A DNA stretch of 64,000 nucleotides. It comes from Escherichia phage UPWr_E1. The stretch is from sequence record PP418985.1. The stretch is one strand, 5' to 3'. This document shows, one piece after another, positions 28,681 to 42,290 of this stretch. A program made the position numbers and the translations under genes. Each line of letters opens with the position of its first letter. The first letter of the stretch is position 1. A model generated the notes under the pieces. The model saw only the letters and a list, made by a program, of their open reading frames with translations. It had not been told where the DNA came from and made no database searches.

Positions 28681-28953
28681 CGCGTGTAATATCATTCAAA
28701 TCGAGTGCCATAATTGATATTCCTTAATAGAGCGGGGATTTTATCCCCGCTTGATTTAACTTTTAATCTATGCTAATTTACTGATTATGCCTGGTTAGCT
28801 GGACCGATAATTTCGTCAAAATCAGCACCAGTTGCAACAGCAGTGAAATTGAGCATGATATAGTTGATCGATTTTGCTGGTTTGATGAACATACTAGCAA
28901 CAAATTCGTTACGATCAATTACATCCGGCGTGTTGTTCGTGGTGTCGCATTGT
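28681..28953. repeat. Tandem duplication copy 2 (273 bp): pseudo gene 19 start (first 10 codons), intergenic hairpin, true 3' end of gene 18
   Basis: Perfect direct repeat of 28408..28680; the copied gene 19 start reads MALDLNDITR then runs out of frame into the gene 18 fragment. Confidence 0.85.
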
Positions 28954-30791
28954 ACTCGGAAGTCATAAATGCCACCCAGAGAGCGAATCGTGCTGAGATA
29001 TTGCGAAACCTCCATACGGAAGGAAGCGCGAGTAAAGTTATCGTTGTTTTCAAACAGTTTGTATTTGCTTGAATCGCCGATATTCTTTTTCAGCATGTTA
29101 AACAGACGACGAACGTTAATGCGGTCAAACGGGCTAGGAACAGTAGTAGCGGTTTTATCACCCATCAGGATAAACCCTTCACCACCAGCACCAATTACCG
29201 GGTTAATTGCAGCCTGATACAGACGATCACGGTGTGCCTTGCGAGGCTCAATAGCCAGTTTAACTACGTTCATGATCTGACCACGGTTATAACCTGCCGG
29301 ACTCATCCACGGTTGAGATACCGCATCAGTGCGAGCACACAAACCAGCAATATCAGCAGCCAACGGAACCCAGCGGTTTACATCGTTGTATTTGTCATAC
29401 TGATATTTGTAGTTACCATCAATAACCGCGTAAGTGGTATTAATGTTCATGTTGTTGTCTGAATAATTGCTCTTTCCTTCTCGCCATGCGATCAGGTTAT
29501 CAATTGCGGTAGTGACCGGAATATTAACAACAGTGCTACGCGGCGGAGAAACCATCACTAAGCAATCCTGACGCTCATCACCGATGGAAACAGCATGTTT
29601 CTGTACGGTGGAGAATGCATCACCTTCACCCGCACACGCACCAGCAATCAGCAGGTTTACATGAATAGACTCACGTTCAGCAAACAGATCCCAGCCTTTC
29701 ATCATTGCGCCAATAAACGGATCAGCACCAACACCAACACCCGCAGTTGCGGATTCGTTAGCAGAAACACCACCAACCAAAGAGATGATACCACTGAAAC
29801 CATCTACCCAGCCCTGAGCGGTTGCATAGATGTACTGACTAGCACCACGAGCAAAGAAGTCGTCCATATAGATAGAATTGCCGTAAACGTCTTTATCCCC
29901 TTTCAGAGTAGACAGTACATAGGATTCTACCACAACACCATCTCGACGAACAATAAACGCATATTGATTATCATTCTGCGGTGCATATGGAATCAGGTTG
30001 CGTGCTGCGGCACGAGTTCCACCGAACGGATACAGTGTCAATTCAGGTGCTGCCGCTCCGCTAAACGCGCTACGTGCCAGAATCTCAACTTCCAGAGAGT
30101 TACCAATCTCACCAGCATAGATTGCACTTACCGCTGGCATATCATACTTTTTGAGCTTAGTCAAAAATTCTTGATTGGTGATATTGGCGCGGGAAGTCTC
30201 CAGATCCGTTAAGAGAAGACCGGAATCGGTAACAATTTTAGAAATGGTGATCGCCGCATTTGAGTTACCAGTGCCGGAAGTGATTTCTACGGTAAACCCA
30301 TCCAGATTAGGATACACGCCAACGGATTTAGCCAGAGCAATGATTTTCCCGGTTGGGATGAAAATACCTTTAATTTTACCTTCTGTATCTACTTTGGTTA
30401 CTTTACCAGCGGTTTCAACTTCCTGACGATTGTATTTTACTTTAATTGAATCGCCTACTTTGTAGTTAGAACCTTCGTTGGTAATATTAAATTCTACGTT
30501 ACCCGCGAGAGTGGTGGAGTTTTTCGCTTTTTCTGTATTCAGTACACGAACAACACGCAGGTCGTTACCATACTGGAGGAAGTTAGCCCCGCTCATGAAA
30601 TAGTCTGCGGTGTTATTATCCGGCTGACCAAATTTATTAACTAATTCAACTTCATTAGTTACTTGAATAATCTGGAAAGCTGGACCCCATTGAAATTTAC
30701 CTACCAGCGCCGCGCGACCAGTCGCAGATTGTACAATGGTAGTGGAGAGAGTAGTTTCTTTCGTTTCGAAACCCGGTGATAATAGAGTCAT
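28785..30791 (-). CDS. 18: Tail sheath protein gp18
   Basis: 668 aa (T4 gp18 659 aa); synteny 17-18-19. Confidence 0.9.
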   Translation of the reverse strand: MTLLSPGFETKETTLSTTIVQSATGRAALVGKFQWGPAFQIIQVTNEVELVNKFGQPDNNTADYFMSGANFLQYGNDLRVVRVLNTEKAKNSTTLAGNVEFNITNEGSNYKVGDSIKVKYNRQEVETAGKVTKVDTEGKIKGIFIPTGKIIALAKSVGVYPNLDGFTVEITSGTGNSNAAITISKIVTDSGLLLTDLETSRANITNQEFLTKLKKYDMPAVSAIYAGEIGNSLEVEILARSAFSGAAAPELTLYPFGGTRAAARNLIPYAPQNDNQYAFIVRRDGVVVESYVLSTLKGDKDVYGNSIYMDDFFARGASQYIYATAQGWVDGFSGIISLVGGVSANESATAGVGVGADPFIGAMMKGWDLFAERESIHVNLLIAGACAGEGDAFSTVQKHAVSIGDERQDCLVMVSPPRSTVVNIPVTTAIDNLIAWREGKSNYSDNNMNINTTYAVIDGNYKYQYDKYNDVNRWVPLAADIAGLCARTDAVSQPWMSPAGYNRGQIMNVVKLAIEPRKAHRDRLYQAAINPVIGAGGEGFILMGDKTATTVPSPFDRINVRRLFNMLKKNIGDSSKYKLFENNDNFTRASFRMEVSQYLSTIRSLGGIYDFRVQCDTTNNTPDVIDRNEFVASMFIKPAKSINYIMLNFTAVATGADFDEIIGPANQA

Positions 30792-30822
30792 TAGAATTTC
30801 CTCATCTTTTTATGCATTATCG

Positions 30823-33149
<2,327 letters not shown>

Positions 33150-33162
33150 AATAAATTACCTC

Positions 33163-34026
33163 TTAAAATTCTCTTACAATACGTGGACCCGGTGGAGTCG
33201 GCGCAACTGGTACAGGAATATCACTAGAATATGATTCTTTGATTGTTCCGTCCCATTCTTCTTGTTCAACGTCACGTTTAACGACTTCATGATCCACAGA
33301 TTCAAAATTGCCACTAGGATTTAATTCACGAGAATTAGCATGAAAATCAAGATAAATCGTCCTAATCTCTCCTTTAACGTCGGTAGCGGGAGGATAGATA
33401 AACCCGATGAACTCAAACATAATGGTCCACTCAAGACGGCGACGAGAAAACTTATCTTCGCCTACCTGTTCATCTGGGGTAATAGAACTAATTGTGACCT
33501 GAATATCTCGATCAATCCATACATCATTACCGTGTAGTTCTTTAATCTTACAGTTAAAATGAGGCTGGAAGTAAGGAAGAATCTGTTCAATTATCTGAAA
33601 CATATCATCTTCGTTACGCGTATAAATCCCCAACTCGAAAGTAAACTTATATGGTACAGGGTTATATTGTGTCACACTCCTGATTCCATCAGCCGTATAT
33701 TTTGGTACTGTCTTATTTGCGATATTGGTTTTAAAGTTCTGGGCGTATGTCATATCAATCAAAGAAAGACACATACGCGGTAAAATAGTTTCTACCTTTG
33801 CTACGTCTTCCTCACTTGAGATATTGTTATATTTGTCCAGACTCATCATGAATTTTTCTTTCTTTGCGTAGGTGATAGGAACTTTAATAAAACGCTCACC
33901 GTCACTACGCACCCTTTTAATTTGTACACCGGAAAATAAATTACCCAGCAATACAATATACCGTCTAATTGACGAATTATAGTGCCAACCGAACATTTGA
34001 CCCCCTTGTTTATGAGTATTTATCAA
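33163..34026 (-). CDS. 15: Tail sheath stabilizer / tail completion protein gp15
   Basis: 287 aa (T4 gp15 272 aa); synteny 13-14-15-16. Confidence 0.75.
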   Translation of the reverse strand: MINTHKQGGQMFGWHYNSSIRRYIVLLGNLFSGVQIKRVRSDGERFIKVPITYAKKEKFMMSLDKYNNISSEEDVAKVETILPRMCLSLIDMTYAQNFKTNIANKTVPKYTADGIRSVTQYNPVPYKFTFELGIYTRNEDDMFQIIEQILPYFQPHFNCKIKELHGNDVWIDRDIQVTISSITPDEQVGEDKFSRRRLEWTIMFEFIGFIYPPATDVKGEIRTIYLDFHANSRELNPSGNFESVDHEVVKRDVEQEEWDGTIKESYSSDIPVPVAPTPPGPRIVREF

Positions 34027-34763
34027 AAATCGGCGAAAGGTGAACCCTTGCCATTAATAGGATCAAATGGGTCAATAAAATCTTGTCCTTCGCTTCTGAA
34101 TTGCTTATCTTCTTTGTACTGGTCTAAGTTGATATCTGTTAACCCGTCCAGATTAGTGATCGGTGCAAGATCCAGATCTGCGAACTCATCAACATTAATT
34201 CCCTCATTACGCTGTAATTCTGGTCGCAATTCCTCGCCGCTATACACGAATTTCTCTGCAATAATTTTACGCATGGCATTTTTGCCAGCCTGAAAAAACG
34301 GCTGATATGGCTCGACGTAATTGATTTCAAAGAGATCATTACTCATTGGAATATAAATCAAGTCACCTGATTTTGGCTCTTGATCATCTACTTGATGCTT
34401 GAATAGGTTGGGGTTAACCGTAAAAGTTAGTTCATCATTGGCTTGATAACCGAAACTAGAGAAGAAATTACCAGCACCTTCATAACCATCAAACGAGTTA
34501 ATATAAGCCGCAAATTTCCATGCTTTAGTGAATTTGCTTTGAACATCTTCACCAAAGATCATATCTGGCTTGACAAATTCGCGAGGGATGTAATATAATT
34601 CTACACCTCGCATCTGAATAGCTTCTGCGACCATAACGTCGGCTAACGTCTGAGTATTTGTATATTTGTGAAAGTTCACATAAGGATTAAGAATCTCTGT
34701 TTGTCGTGTATTCTCATAATCCTTTTGCGATTCAAGGCGAGCAAAAAGAGTGTTGTTAAACAT
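34023..34763 (-). CDS. 14: Neck protein gp14
   Basis: 246 aa (T4 gp14 256 aa); synteny. Confidence 0.75.
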   Translation of the reverse strand: MFNNTLFARLESQKDYENTRQTEILNPYVNFHKYTNTQTLADVMVAEAIQMRGVELYYIPREFVKPDMIFGEDVQSKFTKAWKFAAYINSFDGYEGAGNFFSSFGYQANDELTFTVNPNLFKHQVDDQEPKSGDLIYIPMSNDLFEINYVEPYQPFFQAGKNAMRKIIAEKFVYSGEELRPELQRNEGINVDEFADLDLAPITNLDGLTDINLDQYKEDKQFRSEGQDFIDPFDPINGKGSPFADF

Positions 34764-34799
34764 ATGTTACTCCAAATGGGGGAATACTCCCCCAATAAA

Positions 34800-35732
34800 T
34801 CAAATCATGAGGATGCCGAACGGAGGATCTAATAATTCTAGTTCTTGTCGTAATTTCTCAATGTCGGCGCGTGCTTCTTCAATTATTCGGATACCATCAA
34901 CCGTTACGCCGCCAGGCAATTGTAGACCTTGATGTTTAGCCATTATCGACCCCCAAACCTCCTTAGTGAAGGCTGTAGCCATATCTTTTACCCAACGGTT
35001 ATTATATGCACCTTGCTTGTTTTCTCTAATTGGTCCCATTCCTGCCGAAATCCCGCTCAATCCTGCGGTTGGGTTATCATAAACAGCACTAATTCCGCCA
35101 GCGGTAGAGCATCCTCCAGCATGAGCATAGCCAGCGACCGCTCCCATCATATCAGGAACGTCTACATAGCTTTTAACATACAATTCAACTACAATGAGAT
35201 CGCCTTCTCGAAAATTACCAGTGATCTTAAGTTGTCCGTTTGCGCTGTTATACCAGTAATCGGGAAGAGGATTAAGCATGTTTTGCATAGTTGCGCGATA
35301 GCTCATCAACTGAGCAAAGTAGCCTAAGTCACCGCCCATTGCATTTGGACCGTAGAACTTACTACAGCCGGAACCTAAACCACCATTTACACCAGCCAGA
35401 CCTAACAGAAAGTCAGTAAACCACGGATAAACGGCAGTACCATCCATTGTAGCCGCGCTACCTACGTTTGTTCGAATTATTTTAGTTACTGCGAATACTC
35501 CAGAGTCGCTTAAATCAAATACCCCGTGTTGCGCTTGATCTGCACTAACACGAAATACTTTATAACCTTTATTCACACCATCGAAATGATATTCCCCATA
35601 GAGTTCTAGTGCTCTCTGAATACAATCGTAAATCTGGTCTTCTGTGACTTCTACGTTAATTACCGGTGCGCCTAAGCGACGCAGAATAGCGTCTTTTAAT
35701 TCTCTTGGGTTATTGGTTACATATCCTGACAT
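34800..35732 (-). CDS. 13: Neck protein gp13
   Basis: 310 aa (T4 gp13 309 aa); synteny. Confidence 0.75.
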   Translation of the reverse strand: MSGYVTNNPRELKDAILRRLGAPVINVEVTEDQIYDCIQRALELYGEYHFDGVNKGYKVFRVSADQAQHGVFDLSDSGVFAVTKIIRTNVGSAATMDGTAVYPWFTDFLLGLAGVNGGLGSGCSKFYGPNAMGGDLGYFAQLMSYRATMQNMLNPLPDYWYNSANGQLKITGNFREGDLIVVELYVKSYVDVPDMMGAVAGYAHAGGCSTAGGISAVYDNPTAGLSGISAGMGPIRENKQGAYNNRWVKDMATAFTKEVWGSIMAKHQGLQLPGGVTVDGIRIIEEARADIEKLRQELELLDPPFGILMI

Positions 35733-35778
35733 AATATCACCTATAAACGGAAAAGGGGCTTAACGCCCCTTTAATTTC

Positions 35779-37548
35779 TTATACCGGAGAAATTCCAAAG
35801 AGGAACTCTTTAATTTGTAGCGGTTGCGCTAATGCTTCTACAGATACACCCTTAATACGAATATCGATCCGGTCGCCCTTTTCAATATTTAGGAAAGCAC
35901 TGGTAGAATAACTGATTAATTCATCAGTTCCATAATGACCATTTCGTACCTCATGTACAATCTGACCATTTTTAGCAATACCAACTACTAAAGTAGCGTT
36001 ATGTGCCGCATGTACCGAACAACGGAAAACACAACGGAATAAGCCTTTGTCGTTAACCGTGACAAGAGATTCGCTCTTAACCATTCCACGCACAGGAACT
36101 TCTGCGGTCATATCGTTTAACGGGATTCCTTTGTATTGATCTTGCCCGTCGAGAGTAACATCAATCTGAGCGGTGTTTTTAAATGCACCAGCCGCCCATG
36201 CGACCTGAACCCATTCCCCGTGCTTACGTAGATAATGGAAACCATCATCAGGAACGTCTGTTACCTTGCTTGCATTTGATGTGCTCAATGCCTTAACAGT
36301 TTTCACGATCCCATCTTGTTCAAGCTGCGTGCTTCCTTCTGGATTGCCGTACATGTCGCTTGACAGCTTAATAACCCCAGCGGTTAGACCGGAATCGCGA
36401 TCGCCGATCATTTGCTCGATATCCTGCACGCTTGCTTCTAAACGCCCCTGCGTGTTTTCTACGATTTTCAGGCGACCAGCGATTGTGTGACGCTCGCTAT
36501 CCGTACCCACTGTATTTGTTATACGTGCAACTTCACCGCGTAGGCCATCTGCGCCGCTAACACCGACAATAGATTTGAGGTCCACAAATTCCCGTTCTTG
36601 ATTAGTCAATCGATAATCAATACTTCCAGCGGCTTGAGGATTGCCAATCTTATTTTCCAAAAGAGTTAACCGAGGACGAATACCAGCATCAACTCCATTG
36701 ACTTCATCATTAAGCTGAGTATAATCAGACTGCAATTTAGTTACTTTAGTACCGATATCAGGAATTGATTCAAACAGAATTGCTTTCTTTACTTCCTGAA
36801 CTTCGTTTGATATACTAGCAATATTTCGAGTGTTTGTGCGAAGACGAAGATAAACATTGTCTTGTGTTGCTAGTGATGTGTCGCCTAGCTCACTGCGCAT
36901 TTTGTTAACTTGTTTTGTTAGCTCTCCAACGTCAGAATCTTGCCAGTCGTTTTCCAATTGGCGGATTCTCTGACCGTGGTTGCTTAATGCTTCCGTATTC
37001 TGAATTACTCGATATTTGATCCCTGAACCGGAACTACCCGGTTCAGGAGAACCGTTGATATTGAAGTTAGGGAAAGCGCCTAATTCTTGTTTGATGAAAG
37101 AAATATCATCATAGATTGTTCGTGTGCTCGGATCTGCTGCCGGACGAACACCAATTTTCTTTCCGGTTTCTGCCAGTTCATCTACTGTGGTTTGTAATGT
37201 CCTTGAAGTTTCTCCTAAATTTTCTTCTACAGACTCAACCTTTGCAATAGTCTGATTGACAATATCAATAATACTACCATCAGCAACCGCGCCTAAAGTA
37301 GTTTTAATATCATTAACTGCTGTAACAACTTCGTTAACTTTTGTTACCGTTGTCTTAGAATTTTCATCCAGACGAACAATATTTTCTTGAATAGCATGAG
37401 GGGCGCGGTTAAGCGTCCCCTCATGTCCGGTTTCTGTAGTTGCTGCGCTTAGACATTCACCATTTTTAATCCAGCTAATAGAATGTTGTCCCTCTCCAGG
37501 GACACCATCGACGTTAGGGATCTTTCGAATGTTTAATTGTTCGATCAT
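35779..37548 (-). CDS. wac: Fibritin (whisker) with foldon plus an extra C-terminal domain of about 140 aa
   Basis: Coiled-coil body; foldon-like DDGFHYLRKHGEWVQV (T4: DGQAYVRKDGEWVLL); 589 aa versus 487 in T4. Confidence 0.8.
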   Translation of the reverse strand: MIEQLNIRKIPNVDGVPGEGQHSISWIKNGECLSAATTETGHEGTLNRAPHAIQENIVRLDENSKTTVTKVNEVVTAVNDIKTTLGAVADGSIIDIVNQTIAKVESVEENLGETSRTLQTTVDELAETGKKIGVRPAADPSTRTIYDDISFIKQELGAFPNFNINGSPEPGSSGSGIKYRVIQNTEALSNHGQRIRQLENDWQDSDVGELTKQVNKMRSELGDTSLATQDNVYLRLRTNTRNIASISNEVQEVKKAILFESIPDIGTKVTKLQSDYTQLNDEVNGVDAGIRPRLTLLENKIGNPQAAGSIDYRLTNQEREFVDLKSIVGVSGADGLRGEVARITNTVGTDSERHTIAGRLKIVENTQGRLEASVQDIEQMIGDRDSGLTAGVIKLSSDMYGNPEGSTQLEQDGIVKTVKALSTSNASKVTDVPDDGFHYLRKHGEWVQVAWAAGAFKNTAQIDVTLDGQDQYKGIPLNDMTAEVPVRGMVKSESLVTVNDKGLFRCVFRCSVHAAHNATLVVGIAKNGQIVHEVRNGHYGTDELISYSTSAFLNIEKGDRIDIRIKGVSVEALAQPLQIKEFLFGISPV

Positions 37549-38951
37549 TATTGTACCCTTATAACGTAGTTTAATGCAAGGCTTTTAACGCGAGTTTCGC
37601 CAGACGTTCTAACCTGTCTTGCGCTGTCAAAGTCTACTATAGCACCCCAATCATCGCCCTTACCGTTTTTATAGTTGGTGTTCCATTGACCACCAATGAG
37701 ACTAAATGCGCCATTAGCCCATCCACGATAGCGGTTAGCTACAGGGAATTGACCATTTATCCTTTGCATGGTATCATCTTGATACGTACCAAATCCGCGA
37801 CCTGGATCTAAGCCTCGACCCCAATCACATCCACGAGCAACAAGACCGCGCATATCTGGAACAGCGAAATGATCTCCACCATCACCGCCGTATGTAAATC
37901 CAATGCGAGAAAACAATACTGGATATTGGTGTTTATTCAACCATTGCCCGTTACAGATTTTGAATGCACCGTGATCATTGCTATTGAATGCAGTTAGAAT
38001 AATTGCACCAATTGGCATACACCATGCATCCATTTCGTTTTTAGTGGTAAACTGGTTTCCGTCGCCATGTCCATGACGATATACATCACCCGTAACTACA
38101 CCACCGCTTAGAGACAACACACGAGCATTTGCAGATAGCGCCGAGTTAGGCTCACCAGAACCGGGATTGTCTGTTAGTTTAACAACGCCAAATTGTCCAG
38201 TTGTTGCTTTAGTGTTTGCAAATTTTTGTGCTGATACTACTACAGTGTTATCATTACCATCAATCATTTGCTGGGATGATGCAATTTTTACAGTACCCGC
38301 CTGATTCTCATTTGCTCGTGCATTAGCAAATGCATAAGGGCTAACAGCAAATCCTTCTCGAATAGTCCCGGCAAGCGTTTGTTGGCTTGTCGCGAGTCGT
38401 ACTAAACCCTCGCGGGATTCTGACGCTGTGTTTTGCTCTGGAATCAATCCAGGAACAATCTGAGCAATAGCAGCGTGCATCTTTTTAGGCGTAACTGCCA
38501 TAGTGTCATCGCTACCGATTTTTGCCGCATCCATAGAACAGATTTTAATTGTACCCTGTACGGTTTCAGTTGCTTTCTTCTTCGCGAAGACATGAGTTAA
38601 TGTATCTGGACCAATTGCGATGTTTGGCGTATCTCCCATAGCTTCATCATTGTTAGCATAACGAGTGATACCCTTAACAAATTTTGTTGCGTCCGGTCTT
38701 GACAGTTTAACAGCTAATGTTTTTGGGGTAACAATTTTAGTTCCATCCAATCCGTCATCTACTTCTTTTTGCGTAGCAATTTCAGCAATACCCGCTGTTT
38801 CTTCGGTTGCCGTTGGAAGACCTGCAATAGCAAACCCCTGAATAGCGGCTAATGCCGCTTGTACGTTTTTTATATTGCTAGGCCAATTTCCGGTAGGGTC
38901 AAACTTAACATACTGTGCATCGTCTTTTACGTGATTAATAGTGTTATTCAT
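37548..38951 (-). CDS. 12: Short tail fibre gp12
   Basis: 467 aa; N-terminus similar to T4 gp12; C-terminal tail-collar motif (KICNGQWLNKHQYPVLFSRIGFTYGGDGG..FAVPDMRG). Confidence 0.85.
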   Translation of the reverse strand: MNNTINHVKDDAQYVKFDPTGNWPSNIKNVQAALAAIQGFAIAGLPTATEETAGIAEIATQKEVDDGLDGTKIVTPKTLAVKLSRPDATKFVKGITRYANNDEAMGDTPNIAIGPDTLTHVFAKKKATETVQGTIKICSMDAAKIGSDDTMAVTPKKMHAAIAQIVPGLIPEQNTASESREGLVRLATSQQTLAGTIREGFAVSPYAFANARANENQAGTVKIASSQQMIDGNDNTVVVSAQKFANTKATTGQFGVVKLTDNPGSGEPNSALSANARVLSLSGGVVTGDVYRHGHGDGNQFTTKNEMDAWCMPIGAIILTAFNSNDHGAFKICNGQWLNKHQYPVLFSRIGFTYGGDGGDHFAVPDMRGLVARGCDWGRGLDPGRGFGTYQDDTMQRINGQFPVANRYRGWANGAFSLIGGQWNTNYKNGKGDDWGAIVDFDSARQVRTSGETRVKSLALNYVIRVQ

Positions 38952-38961
38952 AATTTACACC

Positions 38962-39606
38962 TTACGCAATACGCTTGAAATAAAATAGTGTTGAACCAAA
39001 TTTTTCTTCCGTTCCCATTCTGGACCATGCACCATAACCATAACGAGCAGGGGAATTTATTTCCCCACGAACGCTAATACCATATTTTTCTACGACCGTT
39101 GCTTCGTGTGCGTTTGAATCAATATACTGAATCTCTATTTTATCATTACCAGTACCTTTCCGTTCAACTTTAGAAAATAAGATACTTTTGTCTTTCAATT
39201 CAGTAAATTTTGCTGCAACTGTCTCGCACAATGCAACATTCGACGTTCCAACATTAACAACAAATGGATAACCCAAAACTTCAATTACAACTTTTTTCGC
39301 GGCTGGATCGTGTTTATTTGTTACCGTTCCAGTGAAGGACAGAGTTTCTATTTGTCCTGCCGCTTCCGGCGGTGTTGAATTTGTAGTTACCAATACATCA
39401 CCAACATTAAGCATAGAAATGCTATACAAGTCATCAATTGCCGATTGTACGTTGTTAATAAAAGAACCTTTGCGAGATTGGTCTACGTTTAATCCACCGA
39501 TTGGGCGAATGTCGCCAATAATGGGGTCTTTCGACCCCGGATCGTATGAAATGAATGCTGCGTCGCTAGAAAATACACTTGCCTTAGAACGTGTTTTAGA
39601 AATCAT
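38962..39606 (-). CDS. 11: Baseplate wedge / short tail fibre attachment protein gp11
   Basis: 214 aa (T4 gp11 219 aa); synteny 10-11-12. Confidence 0.75.
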   Translation of the reverse strand: MISKTRSKASVFSSDAAFISYDPGSKDPIIGDIRPIGGLNVDQSRKGSFINNVQSAIDDLYSISMLNVGDVLVTTNSTPPEAAGQIETLSFTGTVTNKHDPAAKKVVIEVLGYPFVVNVGTSNVALCETVAAKFTELKDKSILFSKVERKGTGNDKIEIQYIDSNAHEATVVEKYGISVRGEINSPARYGYGAWSRMGTEEKFGSTLFYFKRIA

Positions 39607-39609
39607 ATA

Positions 39610-41412
39610 TTAACCTACCCTTAACCAACGATGAACGGTGCGATATGGAGGAAGAATACCCATCATTGATGGGTCGGCATTCCCAGCATTAACTTTTACG
39701 ATATCTTCACGGTATTTTGTGAATGCTGGACCCGCTGCGTCTGGGTCAACTTGACAACCACCGATGATGATTGATCCGCTATCATCCTTCACCAAAACAC
39801 GATCAGTTGATTGTAATTCAGGAATCATATCTTTCTTGATTTGATATGCAACTTCACCACCATTACCGCCAGCAGTATGTGTTGGTTGCCCGTGAATATC
39901 AAGATCGTTATTGTTTAATGCAAAATTCTGATCGCTTGCGTCAGAAGACCAACCAGCTAAAAACTCACCTTCTGCATACCGAACCCAGATGCCAAACCCC
40001 ATATAGGTCGCTGGATTAGCTGGGTTATGTGCGTTTTCATATATCGTGCCGATCGGATGGAAAATATCAAACAGTGAATATATATCCATAATTCGACCTG
40101 AATACTCTTCTGCCGGACGAGTGTTTTTCTGGCTAGGATTCTGGAAGTCTGTATATTCAATCTGTTTTGTTAAATTAACTTCGTCTTCGTTATTGAGATA
40201 AATCTTGTCTGCTTTTTCTTTAATTCCGCCGACACCATCCCATTCTAATAGAGTTCCGATATCGTTATTAAACCAACGAATTGTTATAGTATCTCTATTG
40301 TCCAACGCTTTAGCTAATTTAATCCCTGTTACAATGCTATTCTCATCAAATACCAGTGAATAATCTTCTCCAGACTGTACCCACTGACCGCCAGCAAGTG
40401 CGCAACTCTCTTCGGTTTCTCCGTCAGCACCTTCACAGACAAACGAAGGAAGATCAGCATCACCAGCTTTAATCATTTGAGTACCATTTATTAATAACTC
40501 AAATGAATTTGGGTTAATTATATCACGTTTACTAACGCCCAAATCAGCGTTGGTAAATTCTTTTTTCTTCGATAAATCACCTACCCACACTTCACCAGGA
40601 ATAGTTTCGAGTGCTGTCATTCCGGTATCATACACTCTAATTGTGTGTGTGATATAACTAGATCGGAATGATGCAATTCCGTCCATATATGTAATAATTT
40701 GAACGGTGTCCCCAGCCGAACAAGGAAAACGAAGTTTTATGCTTTTGCCATCAAGTTCAACAAGTGATCCATCCTCACCAATTGAACCGTAGTTAGAGTC
40801 ATTACTAAAAGACTTGCCATAATATAAAAGGTTTCCTCGATAATATACTTCGACATTTCGAGTGTTATATGTGTTGGAACCAAATACATTAGGGAAATCT
40901 GTTTGCCCTTCTGTGGCAATATAAACTTCCTTAGCTACTGTGCTTAGATCAGACGTAGTAATAGTGTCAACACGCTTGTTTTCGATATATTCCCAGCGTC
41001 CAGGCGCACAATAAACCAATTCAACATCCATGAAATCTTTATACAATTCTCGGTCGATTGGTGATCCTTTAATTGTATCGCCTTGTGCTGGCTTAAGTGT
41101 TACGTTATGAGACGCCCACGAGCGCCAAACATCACGAAGTTTAATTGTCTTGTTATAATCACCAACTCCACCTTTAGGAAGCTCTACCGACACCGAGTTG
41201 TTTGTTGTATTGATAGCCCACGCATCACCAAAATTAGGCTTTAATAATGGCGCTGTATGCGTTTTCCATGCACCGGACGCGTGGGGGGTATCACCATCCC
41301 CCAGCTTAGTATAAAGTTCAGAAAAGTTGGCGTTGATCTTTTGACCGCCCTTTCTTAGATAATCACCCGTACCGTCATCTACAACGTTACCGATATTAAT
41401 TAATTGTTTCAT
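39610..41412 (-). CDS. 10: Baseplate wedge protein gp10
   Basis: 600 aa (T4 gp10 602 aa); synteny. Confidence 0.8.
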   Translation of the reverse strand: MKQLINIGNVVDDGTGDYLRKGGQKINANFSELYTKLGDGDTPHASGAWKTHTAPLLKPNFGDAWAINTTNNSVSVELPKGGVGDYNKTIKLRDVWRSWASHNVTLKPAQGDTIKGSPIDRELYKDFMDVELVYCAPGRWEYIENKRVDTITTSDLSTVAKEVYIATEGQTDFPNVFGSNTYNTRNVEVYYRGNLLYYGKSFSNDSNYGSIGEDGSLVELDGKSIKLRFPCSAGDTVQIITYMDGIASFRSSYITHTIRVYDTGMTALETIPGEVWVGDLSKKKEFTNADLGVSKRDIINPNSFELLINGTQMIKAGDADLPSFVCEGADGETEESCALAGGQWVQSGEDYSLVFDENSIVTGIKLAKALDNRDTITIRWFNNDIGTLLEWDGVGGIKEKADKIYLNNEDEVNLTKQIEYTDFQNPSQKNTRPAEEYSGRIMDIYSLFDIFHPIGTIYENAHNPANPATYMGFGIWVRYAEGEFLAGWSSDASDQNFALNNNDLDIHGQPTHTAGGNGGEVAYQIKKDMIPELQSTDRVLVKDDSGSIIIGGCQVDPDAAGPAFTKYREDIVKVNAGNADPSMMGILPPYRTVHRWLRVG

Positions 41413-42263
41413 GTAGCAACCCCGATTTTAATAGTGTCTGTGGCTTTAACTGCTAAACGAATATTTTCGCCAGTAGCCTTATACTCTGCATATACTTTAT
41501 CGCCGGAACCAATGAAATAACGAACCGTGTATAATTCGTCTTCTGTTTTCTGTAAAACCGCATATTCTGTCGCGTAAACTTTTCCGGCTCTGGCATCAAT
41601 CATCAATAGAGTTTCGCTTGAGCGCATTTTTGACCCCGCCGTATTGCTAGCGGTTGTTAATAGTTTAATTGATACATATTCTGTTTTTGCTGCAATAGCA
41701 ACGTTGGTTGCAACTCCAGTTACATTAACTGTCCTATCTAATGGTGTGGTTGTGTCGGTAAACATACTTTCTATACCCAGCCGCCAGGTAACTCTATTAC
41801 CTTCAACGGCAGTGCACCAGACGGTGACTTTTGAGAAAGGTTGTGTTATTGCTGCGTCACCGGAATACCCGCTAATAGAATCTCCTGCTTGAGTTCTAAT
41901 GTTTAGTGGTGTTGTTGCCGAAAAGCTACCGTTACTATTTATGAACACAACACCCTCACCAACTTTAGCTTTAGGAAGGATTGCTATTAATGCGCCTTGA
42001 GTTGTGTCAATATCATGCAGACTACCAATCTCTACCGCCGTTCCTACATAATTTTGTCGTGGGTGTTTCTGATAGTATCCAGTGGCATGAATAACCATTC
42101 GACCAGCACCATGATCAATCTCTTTTAGACGTTGGTCCGCAAATGCGTCATAGATCGAATCAAAGTTATCATTAATTTTAACGCCACCGTCATATAAGAT
42201 ATCACCAGTCGATGGATTGCCGACTGTACCTGTGTCTATTCTTTTCTTTGGAACTTGTGCCAT
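41409..42263 (-). CDS. 9: Baseplate wedge / long tail fibre socket protein gp9
   Basis: 284 aa (T4 gp9 288 aa); synteny; late promoter upstream. Confidence 0.75.
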   Translation of the reverse strand: MAQVPKKRIDTGTVGNPSTGDILYDGGVKINDNFDSIYDAFADQRLKEIDHGAGRMVIHATGYYQKHPRQNYVGTAVEIGSLHDIDTTQGALIAILPKAKVGEGVVFINSNGSFSATTPLNIRTQAGDSISGYSGDAAITQPFSKVTVWCTAVEGNRVTWRLGIESMFTDTTTPLDRTVNVTGVATNVAIAAKTEYVSIKLLTTASNTAGSKMRSSETLLMIDARAGKVYATEYAVLQKTEDELYTVRYFIGSGDKVYAEYKATGENIRLAVKATDTIKIGVAT

Positions 42264-42290
42264 TGTTTAATTCCTCATGTTATGATGTAT

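Noticed and set aside
28408-28953. Interpreting the 273-bp duplication as a functional second gene 19
   Set aside because: Only the first 10 codons of gene 19 are copied and the reading frame then enters a gene 18 fragment out of frame, giving about 21 codons; kept as a duplication or possible artefact, not as a gene.
29595-30212. 205-aa plus-strand ORF inside gene 18
   Set aside because: Shadow ORF antisense to the tail sheath gene; no independent support.
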